Shown: in pieces, positions 1 to 10,930 of the stretch
How positions within the stretch are numbered: the stretch's first letter is position 1
Layout: every line of letters starts with the position of its first letter
Origin: Callorhinchus milii
Taxonomy: Eukaryota
Assembly (NCBI RefSeq): GCF_018977255.1
Contig: NW_024704742.1
Location: 80,912,001-80,976,000, forward strand
Length of the DNA stretch: 64,000 nucleotides
Reading direction: 5' to 3'
Program-made: the position numbers and the translations under genes
Notes under the pieces: generated by a model
The model's input: the letters and a program-made list of their open reading frames with translations, nothing else
The model's database searches: none
What the model was told of the DNA's origin: nothing

Positions 1-879
1 CGCTCGTCAGTAGTTACCAACCTTGGCAGTTTCGCTACTATAACTGGAGCGATGTCCCCATTTATAAGAGTACCCTGGTATGGATGGTAACTTTATCATC
101 CTGTAACTTTTTAACTTGGAACACGCACCATGCACTAAACTGGTAAATTACTCAATCCCTTATCTGTATTTGCAAAGTTAACAGGCAAACCAATTCAGGA
201 ACCAACCAATTCATAGTTCGGGGGAAAAATCCTCAATCTGATATTTGAGGTGTCACTCTGTTTCTAATACTCTGACACTTACTGATACCATTGATTCCAT
301 AAACAAATGAAACATTGACAAAGAAGCTATGATAAGCCTCATAATAGTGTTAAAATGGTATTAATTTTGCATGGCATCCTTCTGTAATAAAAAAGGTACG
401 GAGCCCTAATTAAATTTTTAAACAGTTTAATATTTAATTATATGTTAATATGTTTTTGGATGGTATCCAACATAATGTATTATGCAAAACTATGTAAAGT
501 TATACATGAAGTGGTCCAAAGTCTATTTGATAAAATGTTAATGAAGTAGCAAATTCCTTCCCACAGGGAAGACAAAGACCTGCTTCTTAATCGTGAAAGA
601 GTCTCGGTTTGCAGTAAAGCTAATGTAGGTCAATCATAATGTTCAGCTAGGAGTATTGAAAGCAAATAAAGGCAACAGGAATGCCCATTCTCCAATATGG
701 TTGCGTTCAAAGCACGACAAAGTCATGCTTTCGGGATACTTAACGATAACCAAGATATTGGGTTAGTCCTTTCCAATCTGCGTTAGCAAATCCCATTCCT
801 TGCCCGGTTGCGTTCCCTTCTCTTTTGAAGGTAGTTCTGAGGATGCTATTAGCCTTACCCAAACTTAAATTTTAATAAA

Positions 880-1325
880 GCTTTAATCTCTAGGACCTGA
901 ATTTGAATCCAGTCCAGATTTTTGGATGAAACTCTCCTCTGTCTGTTTACTGTAAAAGTCTTCATGCCAAGTGAGTCTGACCCACATCCTTGTGGGTGTG
1001 AGCTCACAGCATAAATTTGCTCTTAATTTGACACCAACTTGGCATTCTTATTCAGAGTCGAAGAATGTAGAAAGTATTAAAAGTTAAAGAGGTGCAGTGG
1101 GGAAACTCTACTGAGAATTGGGCTTAAAGGCATTATTGGAATCAAGTGGGGGAGCATTACTCTTCATCTAACTGGGCTATACCTGAAACAAAAACAGAAG
1201 TCTCTGGGAAAAAAAAAGCAGGTCGGCCGCATCTATGGAGAAAGGAAAGTAAGTCAACATTTCGGGTCCATGACCCTTCATCAGAACTGGGCTATATCTG
1301 TCCTGGGAGTTTTTATTGCTGACAC
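880..1325 (+). mobile_element. LF-SINE-like ancient SINE, interrupted by the copy 1 insertion
   Basis: ctttaatctctagg...tttgaatccagtccag resembles the recalled LF-SINE head; 3' gctatacctgtcctggg resembles its tail. Confidence 0.45.
1186..1284 (-). mobile_element. Short Penelope-like-derived element with hammerhead core, copy 1
   Basis: Reverse strand ctgatgaagggtcatggacccgaaatgttgac...ccatagatgcggcc, flanked by a 16-bp direct repeat aactgggctata(c/t)ctg at 1170-1185 and 1285-1300. Confidence 0.75.
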
Positions 1326-1674
1326 TAGGCATCCAAACTGATGAAATGTTCCATTTTCCAGCAATAACAAAATTTCCCTGAAAAAGGAAAGAGAAACAAT
1401 TTTTTTGTTTTTGACAGCTCTTTCATACAGACTCGGGAGAACAATGTGAAAGCTGGGGATCATTCAGCTCACTGAGTCCACATCAGCTCACAGAATAAAG
1501 ATTTCAATTAAATGTCACTGCCCTGCCTTCTACCCATACCCCTTCAATCCCCTCGCTTTCATATGCCTGTCTACTTCCCTCTTGAAAACTACAATATACT
1601 CCGCCCTCACCAACAACAACAACAACAAAATTACCTTTGCATAGCGTCTTTCATTTCGGGAGGACATCCCAAGG

Positions 1675-2050
1675 CAGGGAGTTCCACACCGCAACAACTC
1701 TCTGTGTAAAAAAAAATCCTCCTAAGTTCTCCTTTCGCTATTCTTGTTGCTATCTTATAACTATGTCCCCTAGTTACTGATTCCCTATCAATTGAAATAA
1801 CTTATCCCTTTTTACCCTAACAAAACCTCTCAGAATTGTCTACACCTCTATCAGATCCCTCCTCAGCTACAATGTAAACAGACCCAGCTTTTCTAATCTC
1901 TTCTCATAACTGTAGCCCTTCATGCCCAGAATTATTGTCTATGAACCTCCTCTGCACCTCCCCTAAGGACTATTTCTTGGTGAGGTGCCCATAACTGGAT
2001 GGATTTTGGGCACCTCACTTCAGTTGTGGCCTAACCGATGATTTGTATAA
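1675..2050 (-). mobile_element. Old CR1 3' fragment
   Basis: Resembles the 3' RT/tail region of the 9.5-10.9 kb copy (acctctatcagatcccctcc, actctctgtgtaaaaaa). Confidence 0.65.
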
Positions 2051-2679
2051 ACGTTTAGAAATCATCCTGAAGTCCTGTCTGCTTGTTAAAGTGGAAGTCA
2101 AAGGTCCAATGGCACTATTTGAAAGACAGAGGAGTTTCTCCAAGTGTCCTGGCCAACAATTCTCCAGTTCAATTAGTCATTCAACTCAGGGTCTTTATGG
2201 GACTTTGACGTGAGCAAACCTGCTGCTTTCACTGCCTACTATAACAGTCACTATTGTGATAGTAATTACCGTGAAGTACAGTGGAGCCTTGTTACAATGT
2301 GGATAGAGCCACATGGTGACATTTTACAGGAAGTGGCATCCAGCCTGTGGCCATTTTATAGGAAGTGGGGCAGTTTTTTCAAAACAAGGTTTGTGACAGT
2401 GTCTCTCTCTCTTGGCTATATAAGTACGAGGAGAGCTACACTGAGTCACTGGAGTCTTCTCTCCTACTCGGTTGCCTGACACCATCTGGTCGGAACCTGC
2501 CATGAGGTTATAGCAGCTAGAGAGCTTTCTGAACAAAGTATCTCAGTCAATTTGTTCAGCAAAAGGTGAGTTGTTGGTCCTCCTTCCTGACCCCCTCTCC
2601 TGCCCTCCTTCCCGCTCTCTCACACCACTCCATTCCCCCGTCTCTGTCTGTCTTACTCACTCTCTTTCCCACACACAAA

Positions 2680-3120
2680 CTAAAGGAAGGCATAGAGGAA
2701 ATTGATTGGAAGATACATGGGGCATCAATCCCAATTGTTCATTCTTATTGGTACCTCGGCGTCATGGTGGACACCAACTTCAGCCTGAATACTGTTCTGA
2801 AGGACTACGCTGAGAAGGGGCGAAGGACATTCTGGTTCAGAGGCATATTCAGAACATGCTCCTCCCTCTTCAAGATCCCAAAGCAGGTCAAGCTTGTCTT
2901 ATACAAGATCTGTGTGTAAACAGTTCTCCTTTATGGATCTGAGCTCCTGGTACCTACCATCCACCTAGTGAGGGCTCAAACCTGCACTTGTTGGATGTCA
3001 CATGACCAACTAGTGACTATCCTCCTGGGGGGAGGTAATTGGGGTCTCTTTGGAGCTGAACTTGTTCCTGGCAATGGAATGTCACAATCGAGACAGCCCT
3101 CTGTGGCAGTCTCAGTCTTT
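2680..3120 (+). mobile_element. Fragment of an unclassified non-LTR retrotransposon (RT thumb to C-terminus)
   Basis: WKIHGASIPIVHSYWYLGVMVD...VKLVLYKICV*TVLLYGSELL...VTILLGG. Homologous pieces at 13095-13720, 14617-14945(-), 25940-26172, 36310-36660, 60570-60840. Confidence 0.7.
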
Positions 3121-3415
3121 CTCTCACTGCCTCTTACTCTATCTGTTTCTTTGTCTATCTCTCTCAGTCTCTTTCTCTCTCAATCTCTCTCTCTGTCTCT
3201 CTCTCAGTCTCTCCGTCTCTCTCTGTCTCTCTTGCAGTCTCTCTGTCTCTCTATCTGTCTCTCTTCGGTTTCTTTGTCTATCTCTTTCAGTCTCTTTCTC
3301 TCTCAGTCTCTCTCCTGTCTCTTTCTCTCTCTGTCTGTCTCTCTCTCTCTCTCTCTGTCTGTGTGTGTGTGTGCCTCTCTCTCTCCTTCTCTCTCATTCT
3401 GTCTATATTTCTCTT
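3115..3415. repeat. Imperfect (CT)n microsatellite
   Basis: Directly visible. Confidence 0.95.
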
Positions 3416-4796
3416 TATAAAAAATAATTTGGTCACTTAATCCACGACTTTTTGTAGGGCACTGCCGTGCGCAATTGTCTGCCGTGTTTCGCCCACAAAT
3501 TAGTCACTGTATTTTACAGTATATTCTGTGAAACGCTTTCAAACATCTCAACAAAATGATAAGGCTCTATATCAAATACAAGGATTGGCAGTGTTGTTGT
3601 TGTGATACTTGGGAGTTCTGTAAAATCCCAACCCCTTTTATGTGACAAATGGTCACTCTGCATGTTGGCAGCTGGTCAGCTCGCTACCTGCACATGCACA
3701 ATGCACAGAAAGTGACGTCGGCCATAACCCAATGCAGCACCTGAGAGCCAAGTGAGGCAGCTCTAAGCATGCACAGTGAATGGGACCAGACCCCAACTGG
3801 GTTATAACTGAATCAGCGTGATAAAGAAGCACATTACAACAGGCTGCAGTATGCTTTGAGACATTGATATCATAAGCACTATAAAAATACAAGTTATTTT
3901 TTATACTGGCTGCATTGTCGCTGGACAGCCAAAGGTTTGCTAGTCTTAACCAAATTGCCTGTTTAAAGTTCCTCTGGAAAAAAATGTAATTAAAAAGGGC
4001 TTGAAGCCAATTTTTGGTAAATATAGAAACATCAGACACAATGCAGTCAATAATGAATGAGCCTGAAAGAATAATCAATTATTAAAAAAGGCCAAGCTGA
4101 CAATCCCAATCCCGCCTTTTGCTCTTCGTTTACAAATTGGGATTACGGATAAATCCCCAATATCCAGGAGAATGATCAATGCCTCATTCACTGTTGTAGC
4201 AAACTCCAGGAAATAAAATAGCAGTAGGAGCTGCATCAGTTGCTGAAACATGCACTTTCCTGTATAATCAGAAATCAGTACATAGACTCAATGCAACAGA
4301 AGCAGGTTGATAAAAGTTAAGATCTTCAGCTTGGTTGCCTAACAGAGACTATTTTAAATGGCAAGGGGGGGGAGGGGTGAGGGGTGACAATTAAATGGGG
4401 AAAAAGCAGCAGTACTTGTGTATCTGGGTCTGATAACAGAAACACTAAGATTCAAGAATGAGAGCACAATTTCTAAAGTTGCATGATGCCTGATTTGGAT
4501 TTTAATCAACTCTACAGATTAATTCCTGTAGTTTGTATTCCTGAGGATCTTTTAAAAAAGAACTACAGCGAGATTGTGTTCTGAGATACTGAAATCGTTT
4601 TTAGAAGGTAACATTTTTCAAGGGCAGATGGAAGAGAGAGAGGAGAGAGAGAGGGGGAAAGGAAACATGCACAAACCAAAGAAAGCAGATGTCCGAGAAG
4701 GCAGGTCAGTAAATTAACTGTGAGAGACAGTTCGACAGAGGAAAGGCTGAGAAAGAAGGACAGATGCTCACAGAGAGGCAAGCAGTTTTTACTTAC

Positions 4797-4985
4797 AATG
4801 GTCGTGGGGGTTGCTGCCAGCACACAGTACAGTATGAGCGGGGAGATGAAACTGTCCTCCTCTGGTCCTGGGTATGGCTTCATAAGATCACCATCCTGAC
4901 AGAAGAAGCCCTGGATGTGCACTTCAAAAGTGTCGGTGCACTCAAAGTAATAGGCGAGCAGCACAGTCCCAGCCATTATGACGAG
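4797..4985 (-). CDS. PLPPR1: Phospholipid phosphatase-related protein 1, second coding exon (189 nt, phase 0/0)
   Basis: Translates LVIMAGTVLLAYYFECTDTFEVHIQGFFCQDGDLMKPYPGPEEDSFISPLILYCVLAATPTTI, nearly identical to recalled human PLPPR1. Acceptor tttcAG (4987-4986), donor GTaagt (4796-4791). Confidence 0.96.
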
Positions 4986-7900
4986 CTGAAAGTACAGCAT
5001 AGTTAACATAGAGATTAGCTGTCGTCACCACAAAAGCTACTGCAAAACCTCAGATTGTTTTGGTCCCATAGTACATGCTCCCTCCAGCATCCCAACAGTT
5101 ATTCAGCTCCTGAGCTACTGCCTCGTCCCCTTTGATCCACTGTTACATAAATCCTTTGGCAGACGACACTAATGAATGTTTCGGATTGAAGTGGGGCCAG
5201 GCTGTGCTGCTCTGAGGGCTGGTGCTTTCAGCTGCAACTTTATCAAAAGACAACAGAGTGTCACTAATCACCAAGTGATCAATGGCCATTAACAAAAGGA
5301 CCATATCTAAGCGTTAAGACAACCGACACAGTTCAATTTTTGCCAGGCCCTCTGTTTCACAATCATCAGGGCAGAGCAAAATGTCGGCAAGCTTTGGTTG
5401 CCGGCTTTTTGTATTTTTGGACTCGTTCACTCATGCTTTAAATCACAGATCAATTGGAGCAAGACAGACTTCCCATCCTGACATTGAATAAAAGCAACGT
5501 GCCTGACTGAACTGCTGGACAAGGACAGCAACTGCTGAATATGTTCCAAAATCTGGAATTTCCATCCCAGTCATGGAATTATCTGCAGCAGATGACAAAA
5601 GGGATTTCACTGGTCTCATTTGGGTATTTTCTTCCCTGTGCTTCATTTTTTTTTAAGAAACAAACTAATATTATCCAAGTTTGACTGGCTGCTTGTCAAC
5701 TAACAGCAAGAAAATGTCTTGCCCAAAACCATGATAAATATATATCAATCTCATTTAGTACAGCGCCTTTTAAATCGGTAACACGTCTCAAAGCACTTCA
5801 CAGGATTTACTGTAAAGTGCAGTGACTGTATTTTGTAGGAAAACATGGCAGGCTGTTTGTGCACAGCAAACTCCCACAAACAAGCATGAAGTGAGTGACA
5901 AATTTTATTTGGGGGATTGTTGTCCAAGACACTGGGGATAACTCGCTCCTCTTTTCAAACATACTCATTGAATCTTTAATATTGAAGTGTTCAGGGGGTA
6001 GACCAGACCTCGGTTTATTGTTTCATCCAAGGGATGGCACCTCCAACATTGATTGGAATGTCAGCTTAGACTATTGACGTTCCAGTGTCTGAGATGGGAT
6101 GGTTGAAATCACAACCTTCTGACTCGGAGGCGAGAGTCCTACCAACTGAGCCAGGCTGACACACAAAAGGCTTCAGCCCGCACTAAAGAGAAAAATACCA
6201 GAAAATCATTCCAAACAACAATTTCCACTGTTATTGGATTTTATTTTTTGACTTTGGGGCAATATTTTCTATTGCAACCCCAGAGACAAATTAAATCCAC
6301 TCCAGGTGATATTTGTTCGGTTATATATCCTTCAAGAGAGCACATGAATCGAAAAGCTTTTTTTAGAATTAAATTTTAATGTGCTTTCATCTATTTTGGA
6401 AACTTTTATTTGTAAAGTAAATGCATCTGTCTGTGTCACAGTATGTTGGAGTCTCTGTAAAGGATTCGCTGCTCCGCAATACATCATGTACCAAGTTGCT
6501 GTTGAACGTGGAGAGGTCAAGCTGTCTAGTCATCTCTTAGTGGCCAGCTTCAGAGCTTTGCCAGAGGTCCTTTTGACCAAGGAACAGGGCATGGGGAGAA
6601 TTAGGAGAAGGAAAACAATAATAATCCTTGCAATTGATATAGTGCCTTATCACGTCTTCGAGACAATAGTGTGTTTGAAGAACATCCATCATCAGAATAA
6701 TTTTTTTTCTATAATTAATAGATAAGCAATCCTCTAATGCTAGTCCTTCTCCTTCATTAAGTATGCAGATCAGGTAGAGCAACAGATATGATAGTGAGCC
6801 TCTGGGGCCTTTCATTCGAATTAACATTGCATGAAAAATGGTTCTTGCTTCAGTGAGTGGGAATATGTCGTTCACTTAACCTATTCGAATCCGTGATAGG
6901 CATTTTTTTTTGTCGGTCATGGAAGGAGAAGGGTTGATGGGTTGAATGGCCTTAATTTGCTCCTTGTTTTTGGGTTCAAGCACCACTTCATGTTTTGAGT
7001 TTACAATTTAGGCTGACATCAACGTAATACTAGAGTGCTGGAAAATCAGAGATGCCATCCTTCGATCTGCCTGTTCAGGTGGATGTTAAAGACCCCATAA
7101 CACTATTCGAAATGCCAACAATCTCCCAGATAAAATTGGTTGTTCACTTCATGACTATGTGCAAACTAGCTGTTGCATTTACCATAAAATGCAGTCAATC
7201 CACTTTACAGTACAAATACAAAATACAAGATTACATTTATAAAGCACCTTTCACATCGGGAGGACGTCCCAAGACGCTGAACAGTCAGGGATTACGACCC
7301 GAGCGGGGTGGGGGGAGCTATATAATATAACTGTCAATGGATATACTATATACCCAACAATTATTATTATTTAACCTTAAGATAATGCTTTCTAAACAAA
7401 AGACCTTGCAGTTCATGATTCTCCGCCAAATACCGGTCTAAAAAACAACTTCAAAGGTTAAAGCTTGAAGTTAAAAAGTCCCTTTGGAGCCTAAGATTCA
7501 AAAATCAAAATATATCATCTAAATTAAAGTGCAACACCAGAATGTATTTGTGTTCCCAGAGGATAAAGGGTTGCAAATAAACTTGATGTCATGATGGGAG
7601 ACAGTAGGCTGGACACTCTAGAAGGATAACATCAGATGGGCTGCGGGGCCTTTTTCATCAAAATATCTCTTGTAATCTTGTGAAATCATAAAAGTTACAG
7701 CATTCTTGAGACCAGAGCCTTGGGATGCCCTCCCGACGTGAAAAGCGCAATACAAATGTAATTTTGTATTGTATTGTCAGGTCATTGAGACTTAAGAATG
7801 CCATCTCATCCATCAAACCAAACCTCTTATCCCAATTCTCTCTTATATTGTTCCTCCCTTTTGAAATATTTATCCAATTCCATTTTAAATAGTGTTAGCA

Positions 7901-9169
7901 TCAGTAGTCACTTAAGGCAAAGTATCATTTCATGTTCTAATAACTCCCTGATTGAACAGATTTATCCTCAATTCTTCCAGTGAGAATAATGCTCTCTCTT
8001 TGTTACGATCACACTCCTTCAGGCTGGAGAGCAGAATTTGGGGAACACCTCCACCTGGGTTTATATTTATACTATTTTCTTAGCATTTCAAAGTGATTAG
8101 AATTTGGAAAAGTCTACATTCTTAATTTTAAAACCATTTTTCTGTAAACCCCCCCCACACACACTCCATATTCAACATGTCTTAAGGCTGCCTGGCTTAG
8201 TTTATAGTTTTTGCCTCTGAGTGAGACGGTCCAAGCCCCACAACTTTAAGCTCACCTACTCTTGGCTGACACTTCCCTCCGGTGGGGAAGTGCCTCATGT
8301 TAGAGGTACCATCCTTTGGATGAGACATTAAACTGTTTTCATCTACCCGTTCAGGAGGACATTGAAAATCTCATAGCATAATTCGAAGTGTGTCTCTCTC
8401 GCTGTCACTGATAAAATTGATCATTAATTTCATGTCTATTTGTGGGACATTGCAGTGTGCAAATCGGCTCCTGTGTTTGCCACTTTACAGTAAATCCTGT
8501 GAAGCGCTTTCCCGATCAAGAAGGCACTATATCAAATGCAAGGGTTATTATTTTATTGTTATGCTTTCTTCCCGCTTCCCCAGCACACTGCCATGGGAAC
8601 TGTTGCACTTCACCAAGCATTTCAAATTAAGGAATTTAAATGTCAGGCTACGTTGAAATATAAAATGCATTGACCTGATGAGTTCAGCAATTAAGGTTTT
8701 CAAACAGAAAGTAGAAATTGAAGAAAAGTCATACCCATTTGTTCTCCACTGACGCCCCACAGCCCAACCTCAGGTTCAATTACTGTGATGGGGGCATGGA
8801 TTCTAGCTTGACCACCACTGCAATTTTGAGGCGGTCATGATTATTAGCAATAATAATTATCACATCACATCTCACCATTTCCCGTTGTTGCAGAAATAAT
8901 CGCCGTCGGGATATTTAGCTTCAACATCTGTGCCAAAAGTTACTGCCACTGTAAGCATTTAACTCAATTGCTATTTTTAGTATAGCATTCAGAGACCGAC
9001 TGTCATCAGTAAATACAGAGGTCTTGCACACACTATTAATCATTACGTCTTTCCTTTCGTCTGGAATAGAGGTACGTTCCCACTCAGTTATTACTGAACA
9101 CTGAGATAACAACTTCCAGGAATGTCATGCACATTTACAGACAAGCGTGCCGTATCGAACCAGAGAAAT

Positions 9170-9400
9170 TACCAACACAGATGACGGCCATTCATTCTGT
9201 CATGTCTAGGCTTGTTTAAAGAGCAATCCTTTCAATCCCATTTGCCTGCCTTCTACCCTTAATCCGGTATTTGACTCCTTTTTAGATTTCTATCTGACTC
9301 CCCTTTATGAAGCTAATATGGATTCTGCCTTAACCAATGCATTCAGCAGGGCATTCCCTATCCTAACTACTCTGTGTGAAAACACGCTCTCGTAATCTCC
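9170..9400 (-). mobile_element. Old CR1 3' end fragment
   Basis: Translates FSHRVVRIGNAL...VKAESILAS, like the CR1 C-terminus FTQRVVNLWN.LP. Confidence 0.6.
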
Positions 9401-9463
9401 TTGTTTGCTCGCTAACCTGATCAACACGCTCTCTAAAATGCCCATATCTTCAGAATGAATGAT

Positions 9464-10930
9464 CATAACATAACATGTAGGAGCAGGAGTAGGCCATTCG
9501 GCCCTTCGAGCCTGCCCCGCCATTCATTCATGGCTGATCTTCTAATCTAACTCCAGCTAATAACCTAACCCTGCCTTACCCCATATCCCTTAATACCTTT
9601 TGCAATAAGAAATCTATCTATCTCAATCTTGAATATGTTCAAGGACTGAGCGTCAACAGCCCTTTAGGGTAGCGAGTCCCATACATTCATCACCCTTTGA
9701 GTGAAGAAGTTCTTACTCAACTCAGGGCTGGCCTCTGATTTTAAGGTTGTGACCCCTGGTTTTAGTTTCTCCAACCAGGGGAAACAATCTCCCACTATCT
9801 ACTCTATCATGCCCTTTGATGATCTTATAGGTTTCTATAAGATCCCCTCTAATTCTTCTATATTCTAGAGAATATAGGCCCAAATTGGTCAGCCTATCCT
9901 CGTAACTCATCCCCTTCATCCCTGGCACTAAACTAGTAAATCTACCCTAAAACCCCTCCAAGGCAAGTACATCCTTCCTTAAATGAGGAGACCCAAACTG
10001 CACACAGTATTCCAGGTGTGGCCTCACCAGGGCCCTATACAGTTGCAGCAAGACTTCCCTACTCTTATACTCTAATCCTTTCATAATGAATGTTAACATA
10101 CCGTTCGCCTTCCTAATCGCTTACTGCACCTACAGACTAACCTTCTGTGATTGGTGTACAAGGACACCCAAGTCCCTCTGGACGCTAACACATTCCAATC
10201 TCTCCCCTTCTAAATAACCAGCTCTACTGATTTGCTGGGTGGAGGACTTCGCACTTCCCTACATTATACTTCATCTGCCACCTATCTATGTCGCGCTGCA
10301 TTTTTTAATGTCGTCCTCTGTGTTGACACTTCCTCCTAGTTTGTGTCATCCGCGAATTTAGATATATTAACTTCGATGTCATCATCTAGATCGTTGATGT
10401 AGATGGTAAATAGCTGAGGCCCAAGGACTGATCCTTGTGGCACTCCACTAGTCACATCCCGCCAATCTGAAAAGGACCCGTTTATCCCTACTCTTTGTTT
10501 CCTACCCGTTAACCATTCCCCAATCCACGTTAATATGCTCCCCCCAATTCCATGGGCCCTTATCTTTTGGACTAACCTTTTATGCGGCATATCATCGAAT
10601 GCCTTCTGGAAGTCCAAATAGACCACATCCACTGATTCACCCTTATCTAGTTTATTCGAAATATCCTCAAAAAACTCTATGAGATTTGTCAAACATGACT
10701 TCCCTTTTGTAAAGCCGTGTTGACTTGGCATAATTATATTGTGCTCTCCTAAGTACAGCACTACCACATCCTTAATCAATGATTCTAAAATTTTTCCTAT
10801 CACTGATGTGAGACTAATTGGCCTATAGTTCCCCATCTTTTCCTTTCCACCTTTTTTAAATAGTGGTGTGACATTTGCGATCTTCCAATCCATGGAGACT
10901 GTTCCAGAATCCAAGGAATTTTGGAAGATC
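9464..10930 (-). mobile_element. 5'-truncated CR1 LINE (RT 3' half and tail)
   Basis: ORF 10336-10914 carries [33 protein letters not shown]. Tail cctactcctgctcctacatgttatgttatg. Small internal deletions near 10230-10290. Confidence 0.93.

Noticed and set aside
2968..3427. 150-aa and 125-aa Ser/Leu ORFs
   Set aside because: Mostly CT microsatellite translation.
4563..4796. C-terminal part of the 148-aa ORF
   Set aside because: Intron read-through after the GTAAGT donor; similarity to PLPPR1 stops there.
5443..5646. 67-aa minus-strand ORF upstream of exon 3
   Set aside because: No recognisable homology and no in-frame splice link to PLPPR1.
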